Below, piece by piece: positions 14,501 through 26,463 of a stretch of DNA of 64,000 nucleotides (position 1 is the stretch's first letter; each line of letters opens with the position of its first letter). Under the pieces are notes generated by a model. The model was given only the letters and a program-made list of their open reading frames with translations, searched no databases and was not told the DNA's origin. The position numbers were made by a program, and so were the translations under genes. The DNA comes from Monocercomonoides exilis PA203 (taxonomy: Eukaryota; Protista; Preaxostyla): the NCBI GenBank assembly GCA_001643675.2, contig LSRY02000019.1:310001-374000 (forward strand), written 5' to 3'.

Positions 14501-17500
14501 TGTCTGCTTCACAGAAAGGCTTGTCGGAGCTTCTTCCTGAAGAGAAGGCGCATCTAAGGACATTGCATGTGGCGTGTGCGAAAGTGAAGTGGATGAAGTG
14601 GATGTGAAACGAGTGAATTGATCTTGTTGAGCGAAATAGTCAGACAGAAAATGAGAAGGCGATGTGTGAGTCAACAACGTTGATTGCAACACAAAGGACT
14701 TTGTTCCGTGAGCTGTCCGGTTTTTGTACAGATAAAGAGAAAGCGCATCAGCAACCAGGAAGAGAGCGCGGAGAGAGTGAGGAAGAAGCACTGGGAGGAG
14801 TGGAGAAATCAGCGCGAGAGGAGGATTGAGTAAGATGGTTAGGAACATGACGTGCTGAATGTGATGGGGCACTGAAAGATCGCTGGGACGAGAAGAAGGC
14901 TGGCTTGACAGTGAATTCTCGTTGGGGTTGTGAAACACTTCTGTTTCAGCTTCGAATTCTGAGCTGTTGCACAAAAGTGAGAAAAGCAGGCGAATGAAAG
15001 GACGCTTCAAAGAAAACTGCTTCAGGGGGAAGTTTAAACTGACATTGGATGAAGGCTGTGATGATGATGAGGAGGAGGAAGAGGAGGCTGATGAAGATGA
15101 ACGGGAAGATGAAACAGAAAAAAGCAAAGAAGAGATCAAATTGATCAGACTTTGGTTTTGATCGAACAAAGAGATGGCTCTAGTTACAGAAGTTGGGTCT
15201 AAATATGGAAGAAAAGGAGTTGACGATTCAGAAATAGAAGAATAAGAAGATGATGATGAGGAGGAGACAGAGGCAGAGGAAGATGAAGACGACGAAGACG
15301 AAGATGAAGCTGACATTGATGTAGTTGGAGAAGTCGGAGGAAGCATCGGACTTTTCGATGAAACTGGAAGCTGTCTGAATGCTGTTGCACTGTCAAAGCG
15401 CAGTGCAGAAGATGTAGTGGAAGCCAAAGGAAGACTCGAAAAGAACTTTTTTCCCAGGCGATACAGCAGAGCGAGGACGAGCTCATTGGCAAATGGAGGT
15501 TGCAACAGCTTTTTCTGAGTGCTATAAGAAGAATTAATTGAAGAAATGGATGAAAAAGAAGAGGCGTTTTGAGAGAAGAACAATGGTTTTGTGCTGATTT
15601 CGTGGTCATTTGCGTCTTCTTCTGTTGGATTCCAGTTTGCATAAATAGGAAGAGTCATATCTTCATCATTTTCACCTTCCATTTCATCTGTCTCCTTATC
15701 ATTCGAATCAAAGCGACGGATCCGAAGACTAAGCGATCCATCTGCTTTATTAGTGTGCTCCTTGTCTGACTGACTCTGCGAAGAGAATGAGGGAATCAAA
15801 TCTGCGCCATCAAGAAACCTTCCAGATTGAGTCAGCTGGAGTGCTGTCTTCGTTTTGGAGTCGTCAAAGGCAGTTGCCAATGAGAGCAAGGTAGAATGAA
15901 GAAACGGAAGAGAGAATGTTGTGGTGGCACATCCAGAATGAGAAAGCAGCGATGGGCCAAAAGAGGCTGGGCGGAGAAGAGAAGATGAGTGAAGAGCAGC
16001 GAGATGAGCAGCAAATGCCTCGAACACAGTCTGAAACACCTGCGGAGACACACAGTGAAACAAGTTGTTGTTTGAAAGGATGAAAGCGCAAGCTGCTCCA
16101 AAGTAGCGAGTCTGAATGGTACATAGTAGACACAAAGTGAACAGAGCCATCAGAGCAGACGAGAGGCACATTGCTGGAGAAAGCAACGAGGAAAACACAG
16201 AAGTGACATCTGAACTGCTAAACAAGGTTTTGTCAGCAGTCGCCAGATGGGAAGAAAGTGTGTAGCAGGCAATCATCGTGACGGCAGCCTGGAGGATAGT
16301 TGAGAGGAGGAAGACGAGCGAAGAGAGGTCGAAGTTGGAAGAAGGGATGATTACATCTGCATCGTCGTCTCCCAGCAGAGTGCTGCAAGACTGTTCTTTT
16401 CCGCAGAGAATGAGCTCTTTCACCAGCTGCAGAGGAAGCGAGGGATACAGCAGCTGAAGGACGAAGTCTTCACACTCGGGAATGTTGATCAGAATGAGTG
16501 GAAGCGAAAATGCTGGCGAATACATTAAACCTGAGAAAGGAGCATTTTTGTGGGGGAGATCAGAAGATTGGCTGGAAGATTGCGGGTTGGAGGTAGTAGA
16601 AGAAGAACTCGAAAAAGATGATGATGATGAAGAGGATGATGAAGATGTGGAAGAAGTTAAAGAAGAGGAAGAAGCAGAAGATGCCTCCATTGCTCGTGTA
16701 GGTGATTTTATGCTTTGCATTGGGCAGATTGGAAAAAGATACCCAAATAAAGATGCTATCTGCGTGATCAGAGTGGAAAAAAGAGTTTTGAATGGAGAAA
16801 CAATTGGTTCGTCGGCTGACGTTTCTGAACTCTGAGAAGAGGAGGAGGAGGAAGAAGAAGCAGAAGCAGAAGCAGAAGCAGAAGTTGAAGTTGAAGTTGA
16901 AGTTGAAGTAGAAGATGTTGATTTTCCTGTCTTTTCATTCTTCTGGTCATTCTGTAGGGACGGTGCAGCAGCTGTTGCTGCAGCACGTTCCAGCTGCATC
17001 TGATGTTCTTTCTTTCTTCTTCTACTTGGCTTTGAATAATCCCTCTTTGTCTTCTCAATCTGAGCCATCGTGTCTGCCATCTGCTGCACAATCGATGCAA
17101 TGCGAAAGTAGTCAATCAAAATATCCTTCCGCTTTTGCTTTCGTTCCTGTGAAGGCAAAGCCTGCGATGGAGCAGGAGATTTAGATGTAGCAGAGAAAGA
17201 AGAAGAGGAAGAAGAAGTTGATTGTGATTTCTTAGTTGTATCTGTTTTGTTTTTTGCTGAAGCTTTTGAGGTTTCCTCTTTATCACCTTTACGTGATGCC
17301 TCCTTTGATGATGATGATGCCTCTACAACTGATGTTGTCTTTTTTTCATTCTCAGTTTTGCGTTCTGATTGCTCTGCCTCCTTTTGTTGAGCGTGCGTAT
17401 CTGTTGCAGTTGGTGAATTCATTTGCTGTGTGGCTAACAATTGTGGAGAAACATTGGAATTTTCTTCATTTTCAGTTGGATCCATTAAAGATTCGCTGCT

Positions 17501-18638
17501 TGTGGATGCAGAATTTTGCTGCTCTTCGATTGTTTTGACCAGACTGATGAGCTCTTCATTGTCTTCTGATTTCTCTGCTTCATCTTCCTCTTCTTCATCG
17601 CTGCTGTCATTCTCCAGATAGATGTCGTCGTCATTTATTTCAAGTCCCATCTGCTTTTTTTGCTCTATTTCTTTATTTTTTTCTGCTCGCTCTTCGGCTT
17701 CTTGCTTCATGGCTTCTTTTCCCTCTTCAGTGATTATTAATTCACGAAGTGGAGGCTGCTTCTTCAAAGACTTGACAACTTTCATCCCATCTAGCTTTCG
17801 TATTTTACCTTCCTTAAAAGAGTATATTATGTGGTGCGTCAAATCTTCGCTTGAGTAATACTTCATAAAAGGATTAGGGGATATATCCAAAATTTCAAGT
17901 GAAGTCATCATTCGAAATACGTTCAAGGCTTCTTGTATCTCTTCCACATTCCAGTCGAATAAATTGTGTGAAATGTTGAGCGAATAAAGGGCATGCGAAA
18001 CTTGTATCAACGGGGTTAGGGGTCCAGTTAATCTGTTGTAAGATATGTCCAAAATACGCAGATGGCTATGAATGCGATTCACTGGAAAACTTCGAAGCTA
18101 AAAGATAATGAAAACCGCTTTCGAACTAAAAATTAATAAGAAAATGAACTAACTTTATTGTGCTGCAAATACAACTCCTCAAGCTTCGGAAGAGCATCAA
18201 GTTCAACGGATATAAGTTCGTTGCTGTCAATCCACAAACGTCGAAGTCTGGAAAATCCAGGAGTTGCGCCTGTTTGCGTTCTGCTGGCCTCTAAAAGATT
18301 CAAGTGTTCAAGTTTATTTGTCCTGTGAGCAAAATTATTCGATAGAATATTTCAAAAAATCAAAATCTCTGTTCCAGCTTTAAAAAAACAAACCCAAGAT
18401 CAATTTCTTTGACAAAATCAGGATTTATACAACTTCCAAAACCAGACACGTTAGTCAATGCAAACAAAGGCGTTTTACATCGGTGACAATTAGAATTGAG
18501 GCATATATAGATTGGGTATTTCTTCAGTGAAACTTTTGTTTTTTCGATCAATTTCTGCACTACATCGGAGGTTATTTGATATATAACAGTATTGGAAGGT
18601 TTGATGCATGAATATGAATGATGCTCGCGATTAGACAT
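2531..18638 (-). CDS. Giant (~5,289 aa) leucine-rich-repeat, Ser-rich protein; exons 18638-18394, 18322-18154, 18097-4514, 4402-2531
   Basis: GT-AG introns 18323-18393, 18098-18153 and 4403-4513 join the 92-aa, 4559-aa and 545-aa ORFs in frame (15,870 nt in total). N-terminal LxxLxLxxN repeats: VKEIDLGTNKL, LRRLWIDSNEL, LEELYLQHNKL, LRILDISYNRL, LYSLNISHNLF, LEILDISPNPF. Confidence 0.85.
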
Positions 18639-18762
18639 AAAAAAAAGAAAATAAAAGATAAGTAAAGGTAAATATTGATCATAGAATTAAAAAAGAGTTA
18701 TTTAATCGTTAAACAAAAGAGCTTAACTATTTTTATTATTGTATTTCGTTATTAAATATAAA
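18639..18762. promoter_or_regulatory. Short head-to-head intergenic region (probable bidirectional promoter)
   Basis: 124 bp of AT-rich DNA between the divergent ATGs at 18638 (-) and 18763 (+). Confidence 0.5.
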
Positions 18763-19591
18763 ATGACATTTAGTGGAATGCTTCCAACACAACTGTTGCG
18801 GAAAATACAGAAGGAACAATCACAACAAGCTTCTTCTGGGTCTATTTCGCAAGTGCAAATATCTCAAAAATTTGAACAATATGTGTGATATGATGTATTA
18901 TTTTTGTATCTTTCTTACGAATTGTAACGATAAAATGTAGGCAAGAAGCCTTGAATCCGAATATGAGCGTGATATGTTTCCAACTGAATTGGATGACATG
19001 TATGAACCAGAAATACCAAACGATTATATTTCAGCTGTAAGAGAGCGTGCAGAAATTGAAGCACAAAAAAAGCAAGCGCTTTTAAAAGAGCAGCAACATC
19101 AAAGGCTTGATGCATTAATGAAGCAAATAGATGAAAGAGAGAAAGAATTGAATCCTCGTGGATATAGTATTGATGGGGATGATGATGAAAGCGCTCTTGA
19201 TCTCGATGAAACCGTAGAAGAAATGATGGCAAGAAGAAAGCAGCTTACAGGTTTGTCAATTTTTTTTCCTGAAAATATGATTCAATTCTTTTTCTGGTTC
19301 TCTCATTTTATTTCAGATCGATATTTGGAAAGTAAAGATTCAACTACATCGAATAACAATGAAAGGACCTTCCAGCCAGCAGCTATAGATTCGCAATTTG
19401 CACAGAATTATCTGGCGAAGCATGGTTATGTTCCAGGAAGAGGATTAGGAAGAGACGGTCAAGGAATCGCGGCTCCAATTGTGATGCAGCAGAGAAGCGA
19501 TGGAACAGGAGTTACTGTCCAACTTAATGTGGGTCAAAGTAGTTTTGCTCAAGCGTCTTCGATGAGTGAAATTGGAGAAGATGGCTCTTAG
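18763..19591 (+). CDS. G-patch protein, SPF45/RBM17-like; exons 18763-18882, 18941-19250, 19317-19591
   Basis: DDMYEPEIPNDY resembles the SPF45 motif YDPxxPNDY. G-patch FAQNYLAKHGYVPGRGLGRDGQGIAAPI. GT-AG introns 18883-18940 and 19251-19316 keep the frame. Confidence 0.75.
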
Positions 19592-20689
19592 CTGAAATAA
19601 TACGTGTGGAAATACATTTTTAATCATAAAAAAAACAATTCGTCACCACAATTATATGAATTAGTTGAGCGTTTTAATTCGTAATTAAAGGAAGTTTGAC
19701 ATGCTGCTGAATCGAATTGCATGTTTCGGCACGTTAGTCAACGGGAATAAGACCTACGATATTGCCTCTAATGTGAAAATGAATAACTAATTCCTCTTAC
19801 AATAAAAAAAATAAATGAAAGCAAAAGCTATGTGATCTGGATTTATCCATTTTATTGAACAGTGGGGAAATAACAATTATGTTTCAGTGAGTTCACCAAA
19901 CAGTTTTAACTTTTATTTCATGTTACGTTATGGAAATTGTCTTTTGCATTGCGCTCGTTATAAAAAGCTGTACCAAGAAATAAAAAATATCCAGAAAAGT
20001 TATTTTTCTTTGCTAACTTTAAAAGCTTGATTGCTTTATGTTTTGAGGAAAATAGATGCACTCGACAGTATATATGTGTCAAGTCAAATTAAAATGAGTG
20101 AAATGTTATTTATCAGCAATTGAATAAATATACCAGACTTCAAAATACTTCAATTGAAAAAGATCAATGGAATGCTATTTGAAAACAATTCCATAAAAAT
20201 AAAATGAAATTAAAAATGAAAAAAAACATCACTCTATTCGCAAGAAGCAAACCAAACCTCGAAAAAATAACCTATCAAAGAAACAATGAATAAAAAATTC
20301 TAAAAGCAAAAATCAAAAACTAGACTTTGAATAGAATGCACATAAACTATTTATTTTACTGCCAAAAGCATCTGGCACCAAAAGACGGATTATGTTCGTA
20401 AAAGGAATAACAAAAAATATTCGAGCGTCAAATAAAAAAGTTTGAAAGCATTCAAATATCAAAGAAAATTCTGGATACAAAAAAAAAAAAAGCTCATAAT
20501 ATCTGCACAAAAGAAACAATTTACAAAATTTTAAGAAAAAACCTAATTTGTATTTGGCTGGCTGCTTTTCAAAAGAAACTTGGATTTTGCCTCTTTCCAT
20601 TCACAGACAGACAAAAACGTAAGCATCTCTTCACAAAACAAAAAACGTTGCATACAAAAAAGAAAAGAAAAGAAAAATAAAAGAAACTA

Positions 20690-21167
20690 AGCGATCATTT
20701 CTTCTTCCGTTCCGACAAAGAAATGTTCCAGAAAGAAATTATTAAAGTGAAGAACAGAAAAGTTAACTCTGTTTTAAACAATCATTAAAAATGCTCGTTT
20801 TTTCTGAATAAAACTTTGTGAAGCAAAAAATTCTCAAAATTGTGCTTTTTCTGCTCTGGCAACTGCTCCACTGCAAGTAAAAATTTGGAAACATGATGCT
20901 TTAACACAAAAAGAGTCTTAACGACGATGCAAGCAATGAAAAAGCGGAAAGCATACAAATCAGTTGTGTGAAAGTTCAAAAATGTGTTGAATATATTTTT
21001 TGAGACTTATAAAATGTCTATCATTTTTCTTTTGTCGGTGAAAACATTTAATGCACCTGCAAATAACCCTGAATTGAAAGCTATAAGCTGCTGAATCTTT
21101 CGTTTCCTTAATTGTCATTTTTGAAATTTTTCAGTCAATTTCACCTCCTCAAAAGATGGTTCATTCA
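20690..21167 (-). pseudogene. Possible degenerate ORF (MNEPSFEEVKLTEKFQK*...) of a multicopy hypothetical family
   Basis: One frame runs about 127 codons from ATG~21167 through the 20785-20979 ORF with two internal stops. The family resemblance is from recall only. Confidence 0.25.
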
Positions 21168-21248
21168 TTTTTTTCCCCTCAAACCTTGAATCTTTATTCT
21201 TCTTAGCTGCACATAAATTATTATTCATCCTGCACGAAGTACATCTTG

Positions 21249-24200
21249 CTATTCATTTTGGCCAGAAGAAACAGGTGGTTCTTCATTTCCTTTTGGAGAA
21301 TCAAGAGTTAATTGTTTTGACTCATTTGCCTTTTCTACGCTATTCGTGTCCAAATCATCTTGAACAAAGGGTTCTCCTTCAGAGGAATCAACAGACTCAT
21401 TTTCATCATTTTCTGCAGAATGCAAAGCAGCTGCAAATAATGAAGGAGCAATATATGAAGGCGAAGATGGAGGAGAATCCGAAGTTGTTTGATACAACTT
21501 CAAAGCACTTTCAAAGGGAAGGAATGGTTCGTCATCTGCTGCTTTGTTCTGTTTAGTCTTTTCTGTTGTATCAGAATTTGCAACTGTTGCATCCTCGGCA
21601 GAAGAAAGATGAACCATATCATCTTTGGTTTCTTTTTCAGTTTTCAAAGATTCAGCAATTTGTAAGCAAGGCTTATTACCTGCATTTCCACTTTCACCTT
21701 CATCTTCTGAGTCTTCGTTGTCATCGCTAAATCCCTTTCTGAACTCCTCTTCCTCCAGCTGTCGCAGCAACTCCCTCTGATCCTCAAGTTCTTCTTCTTT
21801 TCTTTTGATTTCGCGCTCCTCCGCTTCTACATCAACAACGGCTGCATAAAAATCTTCAGTTCCTGTAAGCTGCTGGTTCCATTCCGAGTCGTGTACTCCA
21901 TCCTCATCACCTTCAACCGCCAACTTCAGTTCGGAATCCCTAAAGTTGCGATTGTCATTGCTATCATCATTGCTTATTCCAATTATTAATTGGTTGTCTT
22001 TGATTGCAACACCTTCATAATTGCTATTGTCTCCTATATGAAGCATCGATGACCGTTTGGACAAAGCAGTGAATGAGCGTTCTTCATCAAGCGGAATTCT
22101 ACCACAAGATGAAGCTTCATTTTGCAAGTCCTGTGAAGTTGCACCTGCCAAATCTCTTCCATCGGATGTACTTTCCGAAATAGAAACATCTCCGTTAAGA
22201 GAACTGTCGAACTTACTTGTGATAATTTGATTGCTTTGCAGAGAAGAAGTGAATGGAACTGATTCTGTGGCATCTCTTGCATCTTCTTCATCTGAATCTG
22301 CATTGAGCGAATATGAAGGCGAAGCTAAAGGTGAGCGTTCGAATCGCTGAGGATGCGACAGAACTCCATTTGAAGCATCTTTAATGGAAGTCTGTTCTTT
22401 GTTGGAGATTTCTGAATCATCTTTACCTTTTTCATTTTTCTTCTCAACAACTGTTGAGTCTTGTTGTTCAACTTTGACAATCATTAAGACATCTTCTTTA
22501 GTCTGCATTGATCTAAGATCATAATGTTGAACTATGTTGGCTTTCTGATCCTCATTCTGCAGATCTGATATCATTTGCTTGTTTGAAGGAGCGTCTATCA
22601 AATTATCATTATTCAATTGAACAACTGAAGATGAGCTCTCGTTCAACTCCGATATTTTGCTAATGTCTTCAGGAGGAGGAATTAACTGAGGCACCGAAAT
22701 CATCTGCTTTTCTCTGTTCTTTTCCTGACCTTTGCTCAAAAGTGCGTCTTGTGTTTGAAATCCTACATATGAGTACCCGTTGTTAATTATGAAAACATTA
22801 GGAGAAGAAGACATGTTCATACTAATCAAAGGAGATGTTGAAGATGTTGACGAATAACCACTGGACTGTGATGTTTGCACAAGTGGCGTTCTTTCGTTGC
22901 TGTTGGCATAGAAAAAGTTATTTGCCATTGATGTTCCTGCAGAGTTCTGTTGCAGTTGCTCATTCGTTTCTGGCAGAAAGCTGCTTTGTTCTGCGTTCAC
23001 AAAATTCTTTTTATTGTTCATTTTCGCTTTTCCTTTAACATTCTCTCCTTTCTCTGCTTCAAACTTCTTTGCATCTTCCATTTCCTTTTTCATCTCCTTC
23101 AGCACATTTTCTGCCAACGACATTCCCACAGCAGCTGCAGAAGCGCCTGAACCGACTGTCCTTCCTCCAGAAGAAGAAGAGGTAGGCGCAAAAGGAAATG
23201 GCTGCAGAATCCTCTGAAGCGATGCAAATGAGCTTGCCTTCGAACGGAAAGACAGCGAACGGCGCAGCCCACGGAACGGAGGAATCACAAGATTCAGATG
23301 TTTTGATAAGAATCCTGAGGCAGACTGTTGATTAGACCCAACTGACGATGATTGTGTTGAAGATTTTTTATCTCTTTGCTGATGATATGCATGACGGCTG
23401 GACTTGTGTTTTTGCTTTTGGTTGTTATGAGAGGAGCTTGGAATTACTAAGGAGCATTGATCAGAATCAGTGCGTGCTTTTGCATCTCCATTGGCGCTTG
23501 CACCAGAATGAGTATCAGATGTCACATTGGTTGTTCCTGTTGTTGCGTCAGACTTCTTCTGTTTCTTCTTCTTCTTCAGTGTGATTGGAGCCTTGGGCAT
23601 GTCAGGTGGGCGGATGGGAATCACCGAAGATGAAAGATAAGAAGATGTGACAGGAACACGAGACGATGGATGCTTTGTGCGGAATGTGGAGACGGTTTCT
23701 GAAGAATACCCAGACAAAGACGAGGCAGTTGAGGCAGACGATGAAGAAGAATTCGGCTTTGATGAATCAGCTCTCAGCCTGTATTGTGTTGGGAGAGTGG
23801 CAACAGAAAACACTGACAGCCTTGGAGATCTTGGAGTGGCATTATTTTCTGCCTGCTTCTCATCAATCTGGCTGCTCGTGTCTCCTTGCACTGCATTGGC
23901 TTGACTGTCTGCTTGGTTCATTGCCTCTGAGATGAGAGTGTTTCCATCATTAGAATTGTCAGTTGGTGAATGAGAAAGCCCATCTGAAGCATCCACATCC
24001 TTCGACTGAAACACTGTTGCTACAACAGACTGATTCAATGCTTCACCAGAACCCGACCCAATCCCAGTTGAAGATGAATTTTGTGTAGATTTGCTTTTGA
24101 CAAGATGTGGTGGTACAAATTGATCGTCTTCATTTAATGTATCGCTTTCTTTGAATTTCAGTAGTGGTGCGCTTTCGTTATATGTGTGCTCAACTTCGTT

Positions 24201-26256
24201 GGATTTGACTGAAGAAGCACCTGACTGTGTCGTAGCATCCTTGTTTTGTGATGCCTCTTCATTTGAATCAGATGTTTCAGAAGAGTCGAATGAAAGCGAT
24301 GATGATGAGATTGTAGACAAGTCATCAGATGATTGAGAGGATTCGTCATAAACATTTGATTCTTCATTTGAGAGCAGTCCAAGCGTCTCTTCATCGACCT
24401 CTCCTTTTTCGTCTTTGTCCTTTTTTGCTTCCTGCTGTTTTCTGCTTTTTTGCTCTTCTTTTCTCTTTCTTTGTTCTTCTCTTTCTTTCTTTCTTTGATT
24501 CTTCAAAGCAATTCTTGCTTCCTTTTCTTCTGGTGTCTCATTCTTTCTCTCCTCCAATTTGGCTTTTCTTGCTTTTCTCCGTTCTCTCCTCTTTTTCTTT
24601 TCCTCCTCTTTCGCTTCTGCAGATTCCTTTTCTATCTCTTTATTGACTTCTTCTCCTTCTTCCGTTGAGAGTTTCCCTTCTTCAGCTTTCTCGTGTGTCG
24701 ATTCAATCAAATCCGTCTTCTTCCAGCGGCCAATCAGTACAACAACCAGCACAGGCAGCGAGCACGCAAACGAATACGCCACCATCAGGATTGTACCGAT
24801 CATCACTGTCATCTTCCCCTGCTTAGCGAGCAGGATCCCAGGCACCACCACACAGCCCACAAGCGCCAGCAGCGAGCAGACTGTTGGTGTGATCGTGTCA
24901 CCAGATGCCTGGAGAGTGGATGAGAGAGACAGGCACAGCATCTCCCCATACGCAAACGCAGCAAACAGCCTCAGGACAATTTCACCGCTTTCAAGCAGTT
25001 TCGATAGCTCGTCTGGCGAGGTGAAGTCTTCAGGCTCGACAAACATGCGGAGGATGAACCGAGGAATCCCATTGTACAGCCCAGCGACAAACAAAAGGTA
25101 GACTGTGAGGAAAAATACAGCGACCTTAGTCACCCTCACAGCAGCTCCCGGCTGCTTGGCGCCAAGATGCAGCGCAACAAGAATTTCCTGCGCGCCTGCC
25201 ATTCCGTACACAATCATTCCCATCACCTCGTGGACAGTAGTTGCCAGCCCCGTTGCCGTGACTTCCATTGCCCCCACAAACTGCATAAGGAACAAATACA
25301 CCGTCCACACAACCAATTCGAGTGCTCGAACAAGCCCAGAGCAAAAGCCGAGAACACACATTTTCAGAAGAAGCTTTACATCAGGAATGAGTGAACGTAA
25401 TGAAAGCAGTTTGTATTGCTTTCTAAATTTACCGCTGAACAAAAGCCAACTGAAAAACAGCAACGCACCAAAACCCTTTGCTGTCACTGTGCCATATGCA
25501 GCCCCCATATATCCTTTCTTTAAAACAATAATAAACACATAATCTGCTCCGGCATTCACAATAAGTGACAGTATATTCACAACAATAATTGGAATAGGTC
25601 GAGAAATGCCCGCAAATACAGATGCTCCGTGCTCATAAAGAAGAAATGAAATTGCCCATGTTAGAACAAACTTTGAATATTCAATTTCTGCCCTTAGCAA
25701 AAGCCCAGTAGTTGGATTTGATTTGTCATCAAGCAACATGAGCAAAGGCTTCATTGCCGGAATAAAGGCCGCGCACATTCCCCAACAAATGAGTGTGACA
25801 TAGTTAGTTGTCCAAAAAACAACTCCTACTTGATCGTACTGTCCATCGCCAAAAATTTGCGCAATATAATTTGTTGTGAAAAATATTAAGCCAAGCGCAA
25901 GATAAATAACAATCGAAACAGTGCTCCATCCCACTGAGACTATAGCAACGTCTGTTCCAATTTCTCGATCTGGAGGATTGAAACGACTTAAAATCATCTT
26001 TTCAATAAAAACATTGATGATTGATGAAGCCTAAAAATTAATGTAATGAAAATGAAATACAATAAATGGAAAAGAGCACATGCCTCTGAAAGAATCATCG
26101 GAATTGAAAGAACGAACAGTTCTTGGAAATAAAAGATAAAATATTTAATTTTCATGATATACAAAAATTTTTATCACCTTTTAACCCTCCTGGACCGCTC
26201 CAGGCAAACATTCTATCAAAAATGTTCTTTTTTGCCCCTTTGTTATCCTTTCCCAT
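21249..26256 (-). CDS. MATE-family multidrug/toxin efflux transporter with a very long disordered C-terminal tail (~1,632 aa); exons 26256-26178, 26121-26084, 26030-21249
   Basis: About 12 hydrophobic segments with MATE motifs (ELFVLSIPMILSE, GYMGAAYGT, HLGAKQ, LQASGDT..PT). Introns 26122-26177 (GT-AG) and 26031-26083 (GC-AG) restore one frame. Confidence 0.88.
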
Positions 26257-26463
26257 CGGGAAATTTAGATTATTTGATGTGATAAAATTTTGATTTTTAT
26301 TGTGGGTGAAAACTGTTAAGATTATTGAAATGGCCGTTTTTTACACAAATCATTTATTAATAAAATTTCAATAAAAATATATTGAAAAGCATATACAAAT
26401 GGTTTCTCAGATCAGATTCACTTTATTTTTTGTGTTTTTTTGAGATTAGAATTTGCTTAAAGC
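26257..26463. promoter_or_regulatory. Head-to-head intergenic region between the MATE and protease genes
   Basis: 207 bp between divergent ATGs. Confidence 0.45.

Noticed and set aside
4457-17858. Numerous 60-230-aa antisense and alternate-frame ORFs over the giant gene (also over the MATE gene and the Merlin arms)
   Set aside because: They are shadow ORFs produced by Ser/Glu low-complexity codon repeats.
19690-19805. Hairpin plus ANANNA and ACA motifs suggesting an H/ACA or other ncRNA
   Set aside because: The first stem is short, the second hairpin does not pair convincingly, and these motifs are expected by chance in AT-rich DNA.
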